64,000 nucleotides of DNA from Candidatus Rariloculaceae bacterium. Lineage in GTDB: Bacteria; Pseudomonadota; Gammaproteobacteria; Steroidobacterales; Rariloculaceae. The stretch lies in NCBI GenBank assembly GCA_965237785.1, contig OZ250159.1, positions 1,099,656 through 1,163,655 on the forward strand, read 5' to 3'. Positions 46,388 to 56,595 of the stretch are shown here, one piece after another. The position numbers and the translations under genes are program-made. The notes beneath the pieces are model-generated. The model saw nothing but the letters and a program-made list of their open reading frames with translations. It was not told the origin of the DNA and searched no databases. The stretch's first letter is position 1. Every line of letters starts with the position of its first letter.

Positions 46388-46948
46388 ATGTACCGAAACC
46401 TTTTTTACGCTGTCTGCCTCGTCAGTGCGGGATGTGCCACAACGTCGAGTCAGGTTGTTGTGCCTCGTTGCGACCCCACGGATACCTGTTTCAACCGCAA
46501 TACGGTTCGCAGCTTCGAAGTCCTGGACCGCGACACGATCATCGTGGAGGTGGGGTCCGGCCGCTGCCGCTTTCTGGTCGAGGTCGACGGCATCATGTGC
46601 GACGTGGCGCTCTCCGGCCGTGTCGGATTTCTGGATAATGACGGGCGGATTTGCGCCGCGGACAATTCGCTCCTGTTAATGGATCCTTTTCTGCGGAACA
46701 CCACGGACGATGTCTGCCGAATCCGCGACGTGCGCGCCGTCTCCGACGATGAACTGCTCGAACGCTACGCCGCGCTCGGGCGGATACCGCCATTGCCGCC
46801 GGTGGGTTCGGGTGAACTTCAGGTTGAAGCGGATTCCGAGGCCGCGCGCCCCGAAGCCACGGGCGACGCGACCGAGAACGATTTAAGCGAATCGTCCGAA
46901 AGTTCCGGCACAGAGTCGGTCGGTTATCCCGACGAATCGATCAACTGA
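46388..46948 (+). CDS. Lipoprotein, DUF6491-like
   Basis: Lipobox LVSAG/C. ...IRSFEVLDRDTIIVEVGSGRCRFLVEVDG.C.. pattern, with an acidic C-terminal tail. Confidence 0.5.
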   Translation: MYRNLFYAVCLVSAGCATTSSQVVVPRCDPTDTCFNRNTVRSFEVLDRDTIIVEVGSGRCRFLVEVDGIMCDVALSGRVGFLDNDGRICAADNSLLLMDPFLRNTTDDVCRIRDVRAVSDDELLERYAALGRIPPLPPVGSGELQVEADSEAARPEATGDATENDLSESSESSGTESVGYPDESIN

Positions 46949-46968
46949 CGGTATCGAGCAAGCTGGCC

Positions 46969-47766
46969 TTACGGCGTACAGATCGCTCGTCCGGTTTCGG
47001 TGAGCGCCTTGTTGTAGGTGATCAGTGCGGGCGTCATGGAGCTGATCAGATCGTGAATCCGGCGGTCGTCGGCCGGGTGGGTGGATGCGAATTCGGCGAC
47101 TTCCTTGCCTTCCTTGCTTTCTGCCATGTTTTTCCACAACTGGATACTGGACCGGGGGTCGTAACCGGCCTTGGCCATGAATTCCAAACCCACGATATCC
47201 GCATCCGATTCCTGTTTGCGGCTGAACGGCAGCAACAAGCCGAATGCCGCCGCGGTTTCCGCGGCTTCACGCCCGTACCGCCCGTACCCGTACCGCCCGG
47301 CCGCCGCGCCCCCGAGGATCGACAATATATCGCCACCGGCCTGTCTCTTGGCTCTCGCCATGACGTGTTCCTGAGTGACATGGGCAATCTCGTGACCGAT
47401 GACGGCCGCCAGCGAGTCCACGTTATCGGCTACCCGAAAGATGCCCGTAAAAATCCCTATCTGCCCGCCCACCATGGCAAAGGCGTTGATCGCTTCATCG
47501 TCGAATACGACGACTTCCCAATTCATGCTTGCGTAGGGTTCCTCAAGAACCTCGATAATGCTTCTGGCGACGCATTCGACAAAGGGTTGGACCCGTGGAT
47601 CGGCGGGCTTGGGAACATCCCGCTTCATGGTCAGCCACTCCACCCGGGTCTGGCGAATGATTTCCTTTTCGCTGACGAATAGCGCCTGTGCCGTACCGGC
47701 GGCCAGCATCGTCAAACACGCGGCCATGGTGGTAATTACGAGCTTTCGGGATAACTGATGGTGCAT
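46969..47766 (-). CDS. M48-family zinc metallopeptidase
   Basis: HEIAHVTQEH zinc motif, signal peptide after the ATG at 47766, and the downstream E..AD..G motif (QESDADIVG). Confidence 0.8.
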   Translation of the reverse strand: MHHQLSRKLVITTMAACLTMLAAGTAQALFVSEKEIIRQTRVEWLTMKRDVPKPADPRVQPFVECVARSIIEVLEEPYASMNWEVVVFDDEAINAFAMVGGQIGIFTGIFRVADNVDSLAAVIGHEIAHVTQEHVMARAKRQAGGDILSILGGAAAGRYGYGRYGREAAETAAAFGLLLPFSRKQESDADIVGLEFMAKAGYDPRSSIQLWKNMAESKEGKEVAEFASTHPADDRRIHDLISSMTPALITYNKALTETGRAICTP

Positions 47767-47997
47767 TGCCTGTCCCCAGTGTCGAAATCGGTACAGAACC
47801 TTAGATGCCGCAGTGTCTTCGAGGTTCACTCATGATTGGCAAGATAGCACATGTTCGCCTGAAAATCGTTTGCCTATCGGAGACTCGAGGACGCCGCGGT
47901 GCAATGGCCCAACACAATGAATATTTCATATGATATTGCGCATAATATATATTATGTTAAGTAATGCATGGGGTGGTATTACCGCCTGGGCCCCTTC

Positions 47998-48035
47998 CAA
48001 AAGAAAACCGCGGACACCCTGGGGTATCCGCGGTC
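47998..48035 (-). terminator. Rho-independent terminator
   Basis: On the minus strand: gaccgcgga-(12 nt loop)-tccgcggt followed by tttcttttgg, just downstream of the gene ending at 48061. Confidence 0.6.
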
Positions 48036-48060
48036 TGCTTTACAGCCTTGATACAGAGGC

Positions 48061-48372
48061 CTATTCGGTCACTTTCCCGTAGATGGCCAACACGATGATG
48101 GTCACGGAAGCTGCGGCCACCAAAGAGCCGGTGCCTTCCAGAATGGCAGTCAGATACATTCCAACTGCGGGAATCGAATCAAGCGCGCCAGCACCAGCTG
48201 ACAGAAAAATCGCAGCTACAAGCGTCCCGGTCTGATGTTCGCTCGCAATGAAATATCCGACCACGAGACCAACAATCGCAAGGATAAGTCCCCCGAGTGG
48301 GATATTGGGTACCAAAGCGACCGCCAGTATTGCGACTACGCCTACGATGTTAACGATTTTGGCTGGGCTCAT
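48061..48372 (-). CDS. Small integral membrane protein (103 aa)
   Basis: ATG at 48372 preceded by the GGGAGGA ribosome-binding site. Three or four hydrophobic helices. Lower GC than neighbouring genes. Confidence 0.5.
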   Translation of the reverse strand: MSPAKIVNIVGVVAILAVALVPNIPLGGLILAIVGLVVGYFIASEHQTGTLVAAIFLSAGAGALDSIPAVGMYLTAILEGTGSLVAAASVTIIVLAIYGKVTE

Positions 48373-48526
48373 ATTAATCCTCCCAAAGTTGTTATTTATA
48401 TTCGCGTATATTCGCGAGTCCAAGTTCGCTTTTGGCGACACTTGGCACCACCACCAGCGAGCCCTTATCGTAGCACGATTGTCGTGGTGACCGGCAGGAA
48501 TCCTCCGCTGAGGTTTTTTTTTATCA

Positions 48527-50419
48527 ATGACATCGCTCGTACGACTTGACGAAGTGGCACTGGCGTTCGGGGATCAGGTGATCCTGCGACGTGCAAATCT
48601 GCGCATTGACCCGGGTGAGCGGGTCTGCCTGATCGGACGAAACGGCTCCGGAAAGTCATCCACGCTCAAGCTCCTGACCGGTCACCTTGAACCCGATGAA
48701 GGCCGAGTCAGGATGTCGCCTCAACTGAGGCTCGCCATGCTCGATCAAATACTCAGCGAACCCTCCGAGCGGCGCGTTCGCGATGTGGTGGCAGACGGAA
48801 TGCGGGAGCAACACGTTCGCATCGAAGCCTTTCGGTCGCTGTCCGCCGACCTGCGACACGGAAAATCCAGGCTGCGGGAACTTGAAAGCCTGCAAGCCGC
48901 TATCGAAGCCGGCGGCGGCTGGTCGGTTGACGTTCAGGTGGATGCCATGGTCTCCCAACTCGATCTGCCGGCAACGGACCGGATGTGTAATCTTTCCGGA
49001 GGCTGGCGAAGGCGCGTGGCTTTGGCGCAGGCATTGGTCGGCCAGCCGGAATTGCTGCTGCTGGACGAACCCACCAATCACCTCGATATCAGCACCATCG
49101 AATGGCTGGAAGGCGAAGTCCGCCGGTTCGACGGTACGGTGCTGTTCGTATCCCACGACCGTGGCTTGGTGGAGCGGTTGGCGTCGCGTATCGTCTCCAT
49201 CGACCGGGGCGAGTTGAGATCCTGGCCGGGCGGGTACCGGGATTTTCTGCGGCAGAAACAAAAGGCCGACGCGGAAGAAGACCGCGCCAATGCCCTCTTC
49301 GACAAGGTGCTCGCTGAGGAAGAAGCCTGGATTCGCCAGGGCATCAAAGCCCGTGAGAGCCGCAACGAGGGTCGCGTGCGCGCTCTGGAGGCAATGAGAG
49401 AGCAGCGCAGTCAACGCATCAAACGCCCAAACCAGGCGCGCATTCATATCAACGAGTCCGAATACCTCTCCGGCAAGAAGGTGATCGAAGCGCGAAACAT
49501 CACCCACGGCTATGGGGGGCAAGCGTTGCTGAGGAAATTCTCGCTGCGCGTCATGCGCGGTGACCGTATCGGCATCATCGGCAACAATGGCGTCGGCAAG
49601 AGCACGCTGCTGCGGATTCTGCTCGGCGAGTTGAGTCCCGATTCCGGGTCGATCAAGCTCGGCACGCACCTGCATGTGGCCTACTTCGATCAGCTCCGGC
49701 GGGAGTTGGATACCACGAGGACCGTGGCGGAAATCGTCGGCGATGGCCGCGATTACATCCGGATTAACGGCCGGCAAAAACACATTGTCGGCTATCTGAC
49801 CGATTTTCTGTTTTCCGCGAAACGCGCCATGACCCGCGTTTCCGCGCTCTCCGGCGGTGAACGCAACCGGGTGATTCTCGCCAAACTCCTGGTCCAGCCG
49901 GCGAACCTGCTGATATTCGACGAGCCCACCAACGATCTCGATGTGGAGACATTGGAGGCGCTGGAAAGACGGTTGCGTGCGTATTCGGGGACCCTGATCG
50001 CGGTCAGTCACGACCGTTTTTTCCTCGATCAGGTGGTCACCAGCACCCTGGTATTCGAGGGGGACGGCGTGGTGAAACGCTATGCCGGCGGTTACAGCGA
50101 CTGGGAGCGATTGCACCGTCAACTCGCGGTGACCGATGCGCCGTCGTCCGCGCGCGAGGCGGAACAGGCTGCGTCGCCGGCAAGGGCGCCCTCCCCCGCC
50201 CGGAAACTCTCCTATCGGCTGCAGCGCGAACTTGACGGTCTGCCGGAACGCATCAGTGGCCTTGAACAGCGGCTCGCGTCGATCGAGGCACAGGTCAACG
50301 CCGAAGACTTTTACCGCCAGCCCCACGAAACGGTGCATGCCGCGCTCGGCGAGTTGCAGAGGGTACGGGAACAATTGGAGGTAGCCGTGGACCGTTGGGC
50401 CCAGTTGGAAACGCAATAA
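48527..50419 (+). CDS. uup: ABC-F family ATPase Uup
   Basis: Two ABC cassettes (GRNGSGKSS / LSGGWRRR / LLLDEPTNHLD and GNNGVGKST / LSGGERNR / LIFDEPTNDLD) plus a C-terminal coiled coil. 630 aa. Confidence 0.85.
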   Translation: MTSLVRLDEVALAFGDQVILRRANLRIDPGERVCLIGRNGSGKSSTLKLLTGHLEPDEGRVRMSPQLRLAMLDQILSEPSERRVRDVVADGMREQHVRIEAFRSLSADLRHGKSRLRELESLQAAIEAGGGWSVDVQVDAMVSQLDLPATDRMCNLSGGWRRRVALAQALVGQPELLLLDEPTNHLDISTIEWLEGEVRRFDGTVLFVSHDRGLVERLASRIVSIDRGELRSWPGGYRDFLRQKQKADAEEDRANALFDKVLAEEEAWIRQGIKARESRNEGRVRALEAMREQRSQRIKRPNQARIHINESEYLSGKKVIEARNITHGYGGQALLRKFSLRVMRGDRIGIIGNNGVGKSTLLRILLGELSPDSGSIKLGTHLHVAYFDQLRRELDTTRTVAEIVGDGRDYIRINGRQKHIVGYLTDFLFSAKRAMTRVSALSGGERNRVILAKLLVQPANLLIFDEPTNDLDVETLEALERRLRAYSGTLIAVSHDRFFLDQVVTSTLVFEGDGVVKRYAGGYSDWERLHRQLAVTDAPSSAREAEQAASPARAPSPARKLSYRLQRELDGLPERISGLEQRLASIEAQVNAEDFYRQPHETVHAALGELQRVREQLEVAVDRWAQLETQ

Positions 50420-50567
50420 CAGGGCGTGGGTTAACCCGTATTCCTCACCAGTCTTCTACCGCGGCGACCGATGCATTCGCCGCAAAGATCGGCTAGTATC
50501 ATCGCCTCCAAACCGCCGGTGTAGACGTGCCGAGGGCAGCGCCCTGGGTATCGCAGCACGCTTTGCA

Positions 50568-50819
50568 ATGGGGAGAGAAATGACCGATCGCAAACCGCAG
50601 AATCACCTGGTACCCCAGACCCTGTGGCACAAGCTCTACCTGGGCTGGTTCCTGTTCTGTTTTTTCATGGTCTGGATCGGTACCTGGGCGGTTAACGAGC
50701 CGGTTGCGGTTCTCGGCATGCCCAAGGTGTTCGTCTGGTGCAGCGGTTGGGGATTGGCGTGGTTGCTTGGTTGCCTGTACGTCGGTTTTAGAATCGAGCG
50801 CGAAGACGAAGCGGGTTAG
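50568..50819 (+). CDS. DUF3311-like small membrane protein
   Basis: Two TM helices. It lies immediately upstream of a sodium:solute symporter, the usual partner of this family. The start may be the ATG at 50580. Confidence 0.55.
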   Translation: MGREMTDRKPQNHLVPQTLWHKLYLGWFLFCFFMVWIGTWAVNEPVAVLGMPKVFVWCSGWGLAWLLGCLYVGFRIEREDEAG

Positions 50820-50876
50820 CCCCGGCTCTTCACCCATTGGCGCATTTCTGAATTATCCGAGCTTGGGAGAATAGCG

Positions 50877-52397
50877 TTGGAATCCTGGCACTACACGGTC
50901 GTCATTGTCATTCTTTATGCGATGCTGATTCTCTGGATCGGAACCGGCCGTTGGACCCGGGTCGGCAAAGTGTCCATGGACGATTACTTCAAGGTTGCGC
51001 CAGGCTTCGGCTTCGTGGTTCTCTACCTCGGCATCGCCGGCGGCTTCCATACCGCCTTCGCCATCCCGGGCTCCATGGGGTTCTACCACGCTCACGGCGT
51101 CGCCTTTGCAGCCAACGTCTTGTGGACCGTGTTTACGCCGCTGGGCGTGATCTATTTCGTCGGTTCCCGGATTACCTGCCTCGGCCGGAAGTTCAACTAC
51201 ATCACCCCGTCCGACCTGCTGGTGGATTATTTCGGCGACGGCAAGTTTCGAGCCTTTATCGCCATCTATATCCTTTCCTGCTGCATTCCGTTGATGACCG
51301 CCAACGTGACGGGGCCGGCGCGGCTGCTATCCAGCGGGACCGAGGGCAATATTTCCTATCTGGGGGCGTTGCTCATCATGGGATTCATGGTCATGATCTA
51401 CGTCACGTCCAGCGGTATTCGCGGCGTCACCTGGACCACGGTGGCCCAGGCCATATGGATGTTCGTGGCGGTGTGGGCAGCGGCATTCTGGTGTCTGAGC
51501 CTGATTGACGGCAACCTGCTGACGCTGTTCAACAGCATTCGGGAAACCGAGCCTTCCATGTTGACGCTGCCGGGCCGCCAGGGGTTGGCGACCCCGCAGT
51601 GGTGGACCACGTTCCCGGTATTCGGTCTCGCCCTCTACTGGGCCATCCTGCCGCGGGGATTCATGTTCTTCTACTCATCGCGGAGTGTGAAGACGACCAA
51701 GCGGATCGGTTTGACCGTGGGACTCTATCTCATGACCCTGTATCTGCCGGCGATGGTGATCGGCTTTACCGCCTTTCACTACTTCCCGGAATTGACGGGC
51801 TCCGACGCCGACAACTCCTTCCCGCTGCTGCTGGCGATGTATGCGCCGGCCTGGTTCGCCGGGCTGATCGTGGCGGGCGGGCTGGCGGCAGGCATGTCGT
51901 CGCTGGATGCGGATACCAACGCCAATTCCGCGATGCTCACCAAGGACGTTTATGCGAGCTTCGTGAAGAAAGACGGAACGGATCGGCACTACATTACGGT
52001 TGGGCGAATCTTCGTCATATTCCTGGTCGCGATTACCGTGCTCGCGGCGGCGCGGGATTGGGGCTTGATCGTGCTGATGATCGGCGTCACGGCTTCGATG
52101 ATTACCCAGCTCCTGCCGGCCGTTCTGGCGGTGACCGTTCCCATGGGCATCCGCTTTACCAAGGCCGGTGTCACCGCGGGCATCCTCGCGGGACTCGCCG
52201 TGGCGCTGCTGACGCGTTTCTACGCGGCGGATTTCGTGCCCACCGGCTGGCGTTTTGACCCGTCCTTCTGGGGTTTGGTGGTCAACGTTCCCGTAACTCT
52301 GATAGTGAGCCGATTCACCACCCCGCCGGATCCCGAGGCGGTCGCACGGATTCGCGCTGCGCTGGACGAGGAATTTCGCAAGGCGCCGGCGGCCTGA
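50877..52397 (+). CDS. Sodium:solute symporter (SSS) family transporter
   Basis: 506 aa with ~13 TM segments. TTG start with a GGGAGA ribosome-binding site. Typical SSS organisation with the DUF3311 partner. Confidence 0.8.
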   Translation: MESWHYTVVIVILYAMLILWIGTGRWTRVGKVSMDDYFKVAPGFGFVVLYLGIAGGFHTAFAIPGSMGFYHAHGVAFAANVLWTVFTPLGVIYFVGSRITCLGRKFNYITPSDLLVDYFGDGKFRAFIAIYILSCCIPLMTANVTGPARLLSSGTEGNISYLGALLIMGFMVMIYVTSSGIRGVTWTTVAQAIWMFVAVWAAAFWCLSLIDGNLLTLFNSIRETEPSMLTLPGRQGLATPQWWTTFPVFGLALYWAILPRGFMFFYSSRSVKTTKRIGLTVGLYLMTLYLPAMVIGFTAFHYFPELTGSDADNSFPLLLAMYAPAWFAGLIVAGGLAAGMSSLDADTNANSAMLTKDVYASFVKKDGTDRHYITVGRIFVIFLVAITVLAAARDWGLIVLMIGVTASMITQLLPAVLAVTVPMGIRFTKAGVTAGILAGLAVALLTRFYAADFVPTGWRFDPSFWGLVVNVPVTLIVSRFTTPPDPEAVARIRAALDEEFRKAPAA

Positions 52398-52509
52398 GTG
52401 CCCACTGCCAAAGTTTAAATCTTTGTTACACGGCGGAGTCGAGCGCGCGAGCGAACGTCGGAGTCGGTATAATTCCCGATTGACTTGAAACTTCCCGAGG
52501 ACAACCAAG

Positions 52510-53742
52510 ATGAGTGAACATCCGTGGAAAAGCGACGACTGGTTCAGCAGTGCCTGGAACTTCAACGATGAAGTCACCAGGGACCTGAACTTCGCCGACA
52601 CTATCAAGATCCACGACGTGTCGCTTCGGGACGGCGAGCAGCAGACCGCCATCGCCTACACCTACGACGACAAGCTGCGTATCGCAGAGGCTCTCGCCGA
52701 AGCCGGCATCCACCGCATCGAGGCGGGTCTTCCCGCCGTCTCCAAGGACGATTTCCGTGCCATCGAGGCGATCGTCAAGCGCAATTTGGGGCCGGATATC
52801 TATTCCTTCTGCCGCTGCATGAAGGCCGATATCGACGCTTCTGTCGACTGCGGCGTCAAGGGCCTGATCATGGAGGTTCCGGCCAGCCCACACCTGATCG
52901 AATTCGGCTACAAGTGGCCCTTGCAGAAGGCGATCGATCTCTCCGTCGAAGCCACCGCCTACGCTCATGAGCGAGGCTTGGAGGTGGTGTTCTTCCCGAT
53001 CGATTTTTCCCGGTCGGAAATCGATTGGGTTCTCAATCTCATCGACACGGTTGCCACCGAAGGGCATATGGACGCACTGGTTCTGGTGGACACCTTTGGC
53101 GTGGTCTCGCCCCATGCGATGAAATTCTTCGTCCGCGCCGTCAGGAATCGCTTCCCCGATACGCGGCTTGAAACGCATTTCCACCAGGATTTCGGCCTCG
53201 GCGTGGCGAATACACTGCTGGCGCTGGCCGAAGGCGCCGAAGTCGTGCATTCCACCGTGCTCGGCATCGGCGAGCGCGCCGGCAACGCCCCGACCGAAGA
53301 CATCGTCATGGCCCTGCTGACCATGTACGGCCTGGACATCGGCATCCGTACGGAGAAGTTCTATTCCCTGGCCAAGCTGGTCCAGGAACTCTCCAATGTG
53401 GACGTGCCCAGCAACCGCTCCATCGTCGGGGATCGCCTGTTCCAGGTGGAATCGGGCATCATCGCCAACTGGTTCGCGAACTGCGGCAAGGAGCATCAGA
53501 CCGAACTCTTCCCCTTCCGGCCCGAAATCGTCGGCCAGGCGGAGGCGGAAGTGGTTCTCGGCAAGGGCAGCGGTATCGACTCGGTGAACATTTGGCTGAG
53601 CCGCATCGGAGCGCAGGCGACTGACGAGGAAGTCGGCGAGATCCTCTTGCAAGTCAAGGCGCTGGGCCTGCAGACGAAGAAACTGCTCAGCGAGGATCAG
53701 TTCCGCGGCATCGTCAATCGAACCGTATCCAAGGTGGCCTGA
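52510..53742 (+). CDS. HMGL-like pyruvate carboxyltransferase (LeuA/NifV/CimA family)
   Basis: IHDVSLRDGEQ...IEAG...ETHFHQDFGLGVANTL...GIGERAGNAPTE are the metal- and substrate-binding motifs of the DRE-TIM family. Confidence 0.75.
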   Translation: MSEHPWKSDDWFSSAWNFNDEVTRDLNFADTIKIHDVSLRDGEQQTAIAYTYDDKLRIAEALAEAGIHRIEAGLPAVSKDDFRAIEAIVKRNLGPDIYSFCRCMKADIDASVDCGVKGLIMEVPASPHLIEFGYKWPLQKAIDLSVEATAYAHERGLEVVFFPIDFSRSEIDWVLNLIDTVATEGHMDALVLVDTFGVVSPHAMKFFVRAVRNRFPDTRLETHFHQDFGLGVANTLLALAEGAEVVHSTVLGIGERAGNAPTEDIVMALLTMYGLDIGIRTEKFYSLAKLVQELSNVDVPSNRSIVGDRLFQVESGIIANWFANCGKEHQTELFPFRPEIVGQAEAEVVLGKGSGIDSVNIWLSRIGAQATDEEVGEILLQVKALGLQTKKLLSEDQFRGIVNRTVSKVA

Positions 53743-53749
53743 TACCCCG

Positions 53750-54616
53750 ATGCGCCCGCTCGAATACATCGTTCCGGAGAGCGCCGACGCGGCCGTGGCC
53801 GTGTTGGCGGAGCACGGCGAACATGCCTGCCCTCTGGGCGGCGGCACGGATCTTGTGGTGGATCTCAAGCACGCGCCCGGCAACATCAGCGCGCTGGTTG
53901 ACATATCCGGCCTGAAGGAGTTCCTCGGCATCGAAGAGACCGACGAGGGACTGCGAATCGGCAGCATGGTCACCTATGGCGAGATCATGCAAAACCCGAT
54001 CTGCCTGGAGAAAACGCCGGAAGTCGTGGCCGCATCGCATACGGTTGGCGCCGTCCAGACCCGCAATCTGGGCACTATCGGCGGCAACCTGGTGACGTGC
54101 GTGCCCTCGGCCGACAGCGCACCGGCGTTGATGGTACTGGACGCGGAAGTCACCCTCGTGGGCCCCAACGGCTGGCGGCGAATGCCGATCGATGACTTCT
54201 TCGTCGGTCCCCGCAAGACCATTCTGGAGCCTTACGAACTTCTTGCGGAAATCTGGATTCCAAAGCATACCTTGGGCAAGCCATCGAACTTCTGCAAGTT
54301 CGGGCTGCGCAAGGGACAGGCTCTGGCCCTGGTAAACACCGCCGCCGCGCTGGAACTGGACAATGGCAAGATCGTGGAACCGCGCATCGCGCTCGGCGCC
54401 GTCGCGCCCACGCCCCTTCGGGCGCTGAAAGCCGAGGCCTTTCTTGCAGGCGGGGAAGCCGACGCTGAAAATCTGGACGAGGCGGCTAGAATCGCGGTTA
54501 CGGAAGCCAAACCGATCGACGATTTCAGGGCGTCCGCCAACTACCGCAGGCAATTGATTCACACCCTGACCCGGCGGGTTCTGGAGCGGTCCGTGGCGAT
54601 CGCACAGGAACGATAG
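53750..54616 (+). CDS. Molybdo-flavoenzyme FAD-binding subunit (CoxM/XdhB-like)
   Basis: PLGGGTDLVVDLK, TIGGNL, and the C-terminal ..DDFRASANYRR. Confidence 0.8.
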   Translation: MRPLEYIVPESADAAVAVLAEHGEHACPLGGGTDLVVDLKHAPGNISALVDISGLKEFLGIEETDEGLRIGSMVTYGEIMQNPICLEKTPEVVAASHTVGAVQTRNLGTIGGNLVTCVPSADSAPALMVLDAEVTLVGPNGWRRMPIDDFFVGPRKTILEPYELLAEIWIPKHTLGKPSNFCKFGLRKGQALALVNTAAALELDNGKIVEPRIALGAVAPTPLRALKAEAFLAGGEADAENLDEAARIAVTEAKPIDDFRASANYRRQLIHTLTRRVLERSVAIAQER

Positions 54617-54651
54617 CTCGTGGCAGGACCTGGCAACGGAGAACTTGAGGT

Positions 54652-55131
54652 ATGTTGGTAGAACTTACGGTCAACGGTGAATCCAGGTCGGCCGACGTGC
54701 CGCCGGAGACGACATTGCTGAAGATGTTGCGAGAGCAGCTCGGGCTGACCGGGGCGAAGCTCGGTTGCGACGTGGGTGACTGCGGGACGTGTACCGTCAT
54801 CGTCGACGACGTATCCGTCAACTCGTGCCTGATGTTGGCGGGTCGCGCGGGCGGATGCGATGTGACCACCATCGAGGGACTGGCGAACGCGGACGAATTG
54901 CATCCGCTGCAGCAGAAATTCGAGGAGCACGGCGCCCTTCAATGCGGATTCTGTGGGCCCGGCATGCTTATCTCGGCCAAGAATCTGCTCGACCGGAACC
55001 CGAATCCCAGTGTCTTCGACGTTCGGGATGCTCTTGCCGGTAATCTCTGCCGCTGTACCGGATACACCAAGATTATCGAAGCGGTTATCGATGCGGGCGA
55101 GATGATGAACTCGGAGCAGGCGAACGTTTAA
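54652..55131 (+). CDS. (2Fe-2S)-binding small subunit (CoxS-like)
   Basis: GCDVGDCGTCTV and QCGFCGPGM...CRCTGY cysteine clusters. Confidence 0.9.
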   Translation: MLVELTVNGESRSADVPPETTLLKMLREQLGLTGAKLGCDVGDCGTCTVIVDDVSVNSCLMLAGRAGGCDVTTIEGLANADELHPLQQKFEEHGALQCGFCGPGMLISAKNLLDRNPNPSVFDVRDALAGNLCRCTGYTKIIEAVIDAGEMMNSEQANV

Positions 55132-55191
55132 GGCCTGTAACGGTTAAGGCCTGTTTAGCGCTAGTTGCCCTGCCCGAAAAGGAGAATGCGG

Positions 55192-56595
55192 ATGGCGACC
55201 CGAATAAAGGATGTTCAGACCAACGTTGAAGACCTTGTAACGGCACGTGAAGCGAGGGCGCCATCCAGGCAACCCCTGGCGGTTCCGGCTGACAATCCGG
55301 TTACCTTTCCGCTGGATCTTCCCGAGAGCGAGTCCCGGCTTCGAACCCCGGCGGTGGGACAGCGGGCGACCCGGCCGGACGGCCGTCTTCACGGCCTCGG
55401 GCAAACCAGGTACATCGACGACTTCACCTTTCCGCACATGCTCCATGCCAAGATCCTGCGCAGTGAATATCCTCACGCGCGCATCGTCAGCATCGACACC
55501 AGCGAAGCGGAAAAGATGCCGGGCGTGATGGCAACGCTGACCGGCGCCGAGGTTCCGGAGAATTCATTCGGCCCCACGTACCAGGACCAGCCGGTACTCG
55601 CCTACCCCATCGCCCGGCATCGCGGTGACGGTGTAGCGGCGGTCGCCGCGACCTCCGAGCAACTGGCCCTCGACGCGCTGGAGAAGATCAAGGTCGAGTA
55701 TGAGCCTCTTCCGGCGGTATTCGATCCTCTGGAGGCCATGAAAGACGACTCGCCCAAGGTGCATGGCGATTCCAACATCTATACCAGCAAGACGATCAGG
55801 AAGGGCGACGTGGAGAAAGGCCTGGCAGAGGCCGACCACGTCTTTCACCGGCAGTTTCGTACCCAGATGGTGGAGCACGTGCCGTTGGAGCCGCATGCTT
55901 CAATCGCCTCCTGGGACGGTAACGGTCGTGTCACCCTTTGGACCAGCCTCGGACGGATCACGCTGGGCCGCGAAGACCTGGCGCGCACATTGCACATGCC
56001 GCAAAGCCGGATCCGGCTGATCGGCACCGTGGTCGGCGGCAATTTCGGCGGCAAGAACGAAATCACCAGCGAACCGATCCTGGCGCTGTTGGCCAAAAAG
56101 TCCCGCCGGCCCGTCAAGTCCGTGTTCACGCGCGGCGACGAGTTCGTCTCCTCGACCATCCGCCACCCCTTCACCATGGATTACACTACCGGGGTCAATA
56201 ACGACGGCAAAATCGTGGCGCGAAAGATTCGCCTGGTTCTCGACGGCGGCGCGTATTGCTCGTGGACGGGCACCACCATCGGCAAGGGATCGATTTTGGC
56301 GCCGGGACCGTACAATATCGACAATGTTCTTGTGGAGGCCTACGCGGTCTATACGAACAAGACAACCACGGGCGCCATGCGCGGATTCGGCGCGCCGCAG
56401 GTCTGTTTTGCCTACGAATCCCAAATGGACGATATGGCCCAGGCGCTGGGCATCGACCCATTGGAGATCAGGCTGCGCAACGGGTTCTCGGAAAACTCCC
56501 TGAGCCCCACCGGGCAGAGCCTGCAAAGCGTGGCATTGAAGGAGTCGCTGACCCAGGCGGCGGATCGATTCGGTTGGAAGGAGTGGCGGGCATGA
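55192..56595 (+). CDS. Xanthine dehydrogenase-family molybdopterin subunit, N-terminal part
   Basis: GQTRYIDDF...MLHAKILRSEYPHARI..IDTSEA...GV. region, then GGNFGGK and the GAMRGFGAPQ motifs. AAGGAG ribosome-binding site before the ATG at 55192. Confidence 0.8.
   Translation: MATRIKDVQTNVEDLVTAREARAPSRQPLAVPADNPVTFPLDLPESESRLRTPAVGQRATRPDGRLHGLGQTRYIDDFTFPHMLHAKILRSEYPHARIVSIDTSEAEKMPGVMATLTGAEVPENSFGPTYQDQPVLAYPIARHRGDGVAAVAATSEQLALDALEKIKVEYEPLPAVFDPLEAMKDDSPKVHGDSNIYTSKTIRKGDVEKGLAEADHVFHRQFRTQMVEHVPLEPHASIASWDGNGRVTLWTSLGRITLGREDLARTLHMPQSRIRLIGTVVGGNFGGKNEITSEPILALLAKKSRRPVKSVFTRGDEFVSSTIRHPFTMDYTTGVNNDGKIVARKIRLVLDGGAYCSWTGTTIGKGSILAPGPYNIDNVLVEAYAVYTNKTTTGAMRGFGAPQVCFAYESQMDDMAQALGIDPLEIRLRNGFSENSLSPTGQSLQSVALKESLTQAADRFGWKEWRA

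Noticed and set aside
48656-50416. 586-aa ORF on the minus strand covering the whole uup gene.
   Set aside because: It is antisense to a gene with two unmistakable ABC cassettes. Its translation is Arg/Gly/Pro-rich with no motif. Long antisense ORFs are expected in high-GC DNA.
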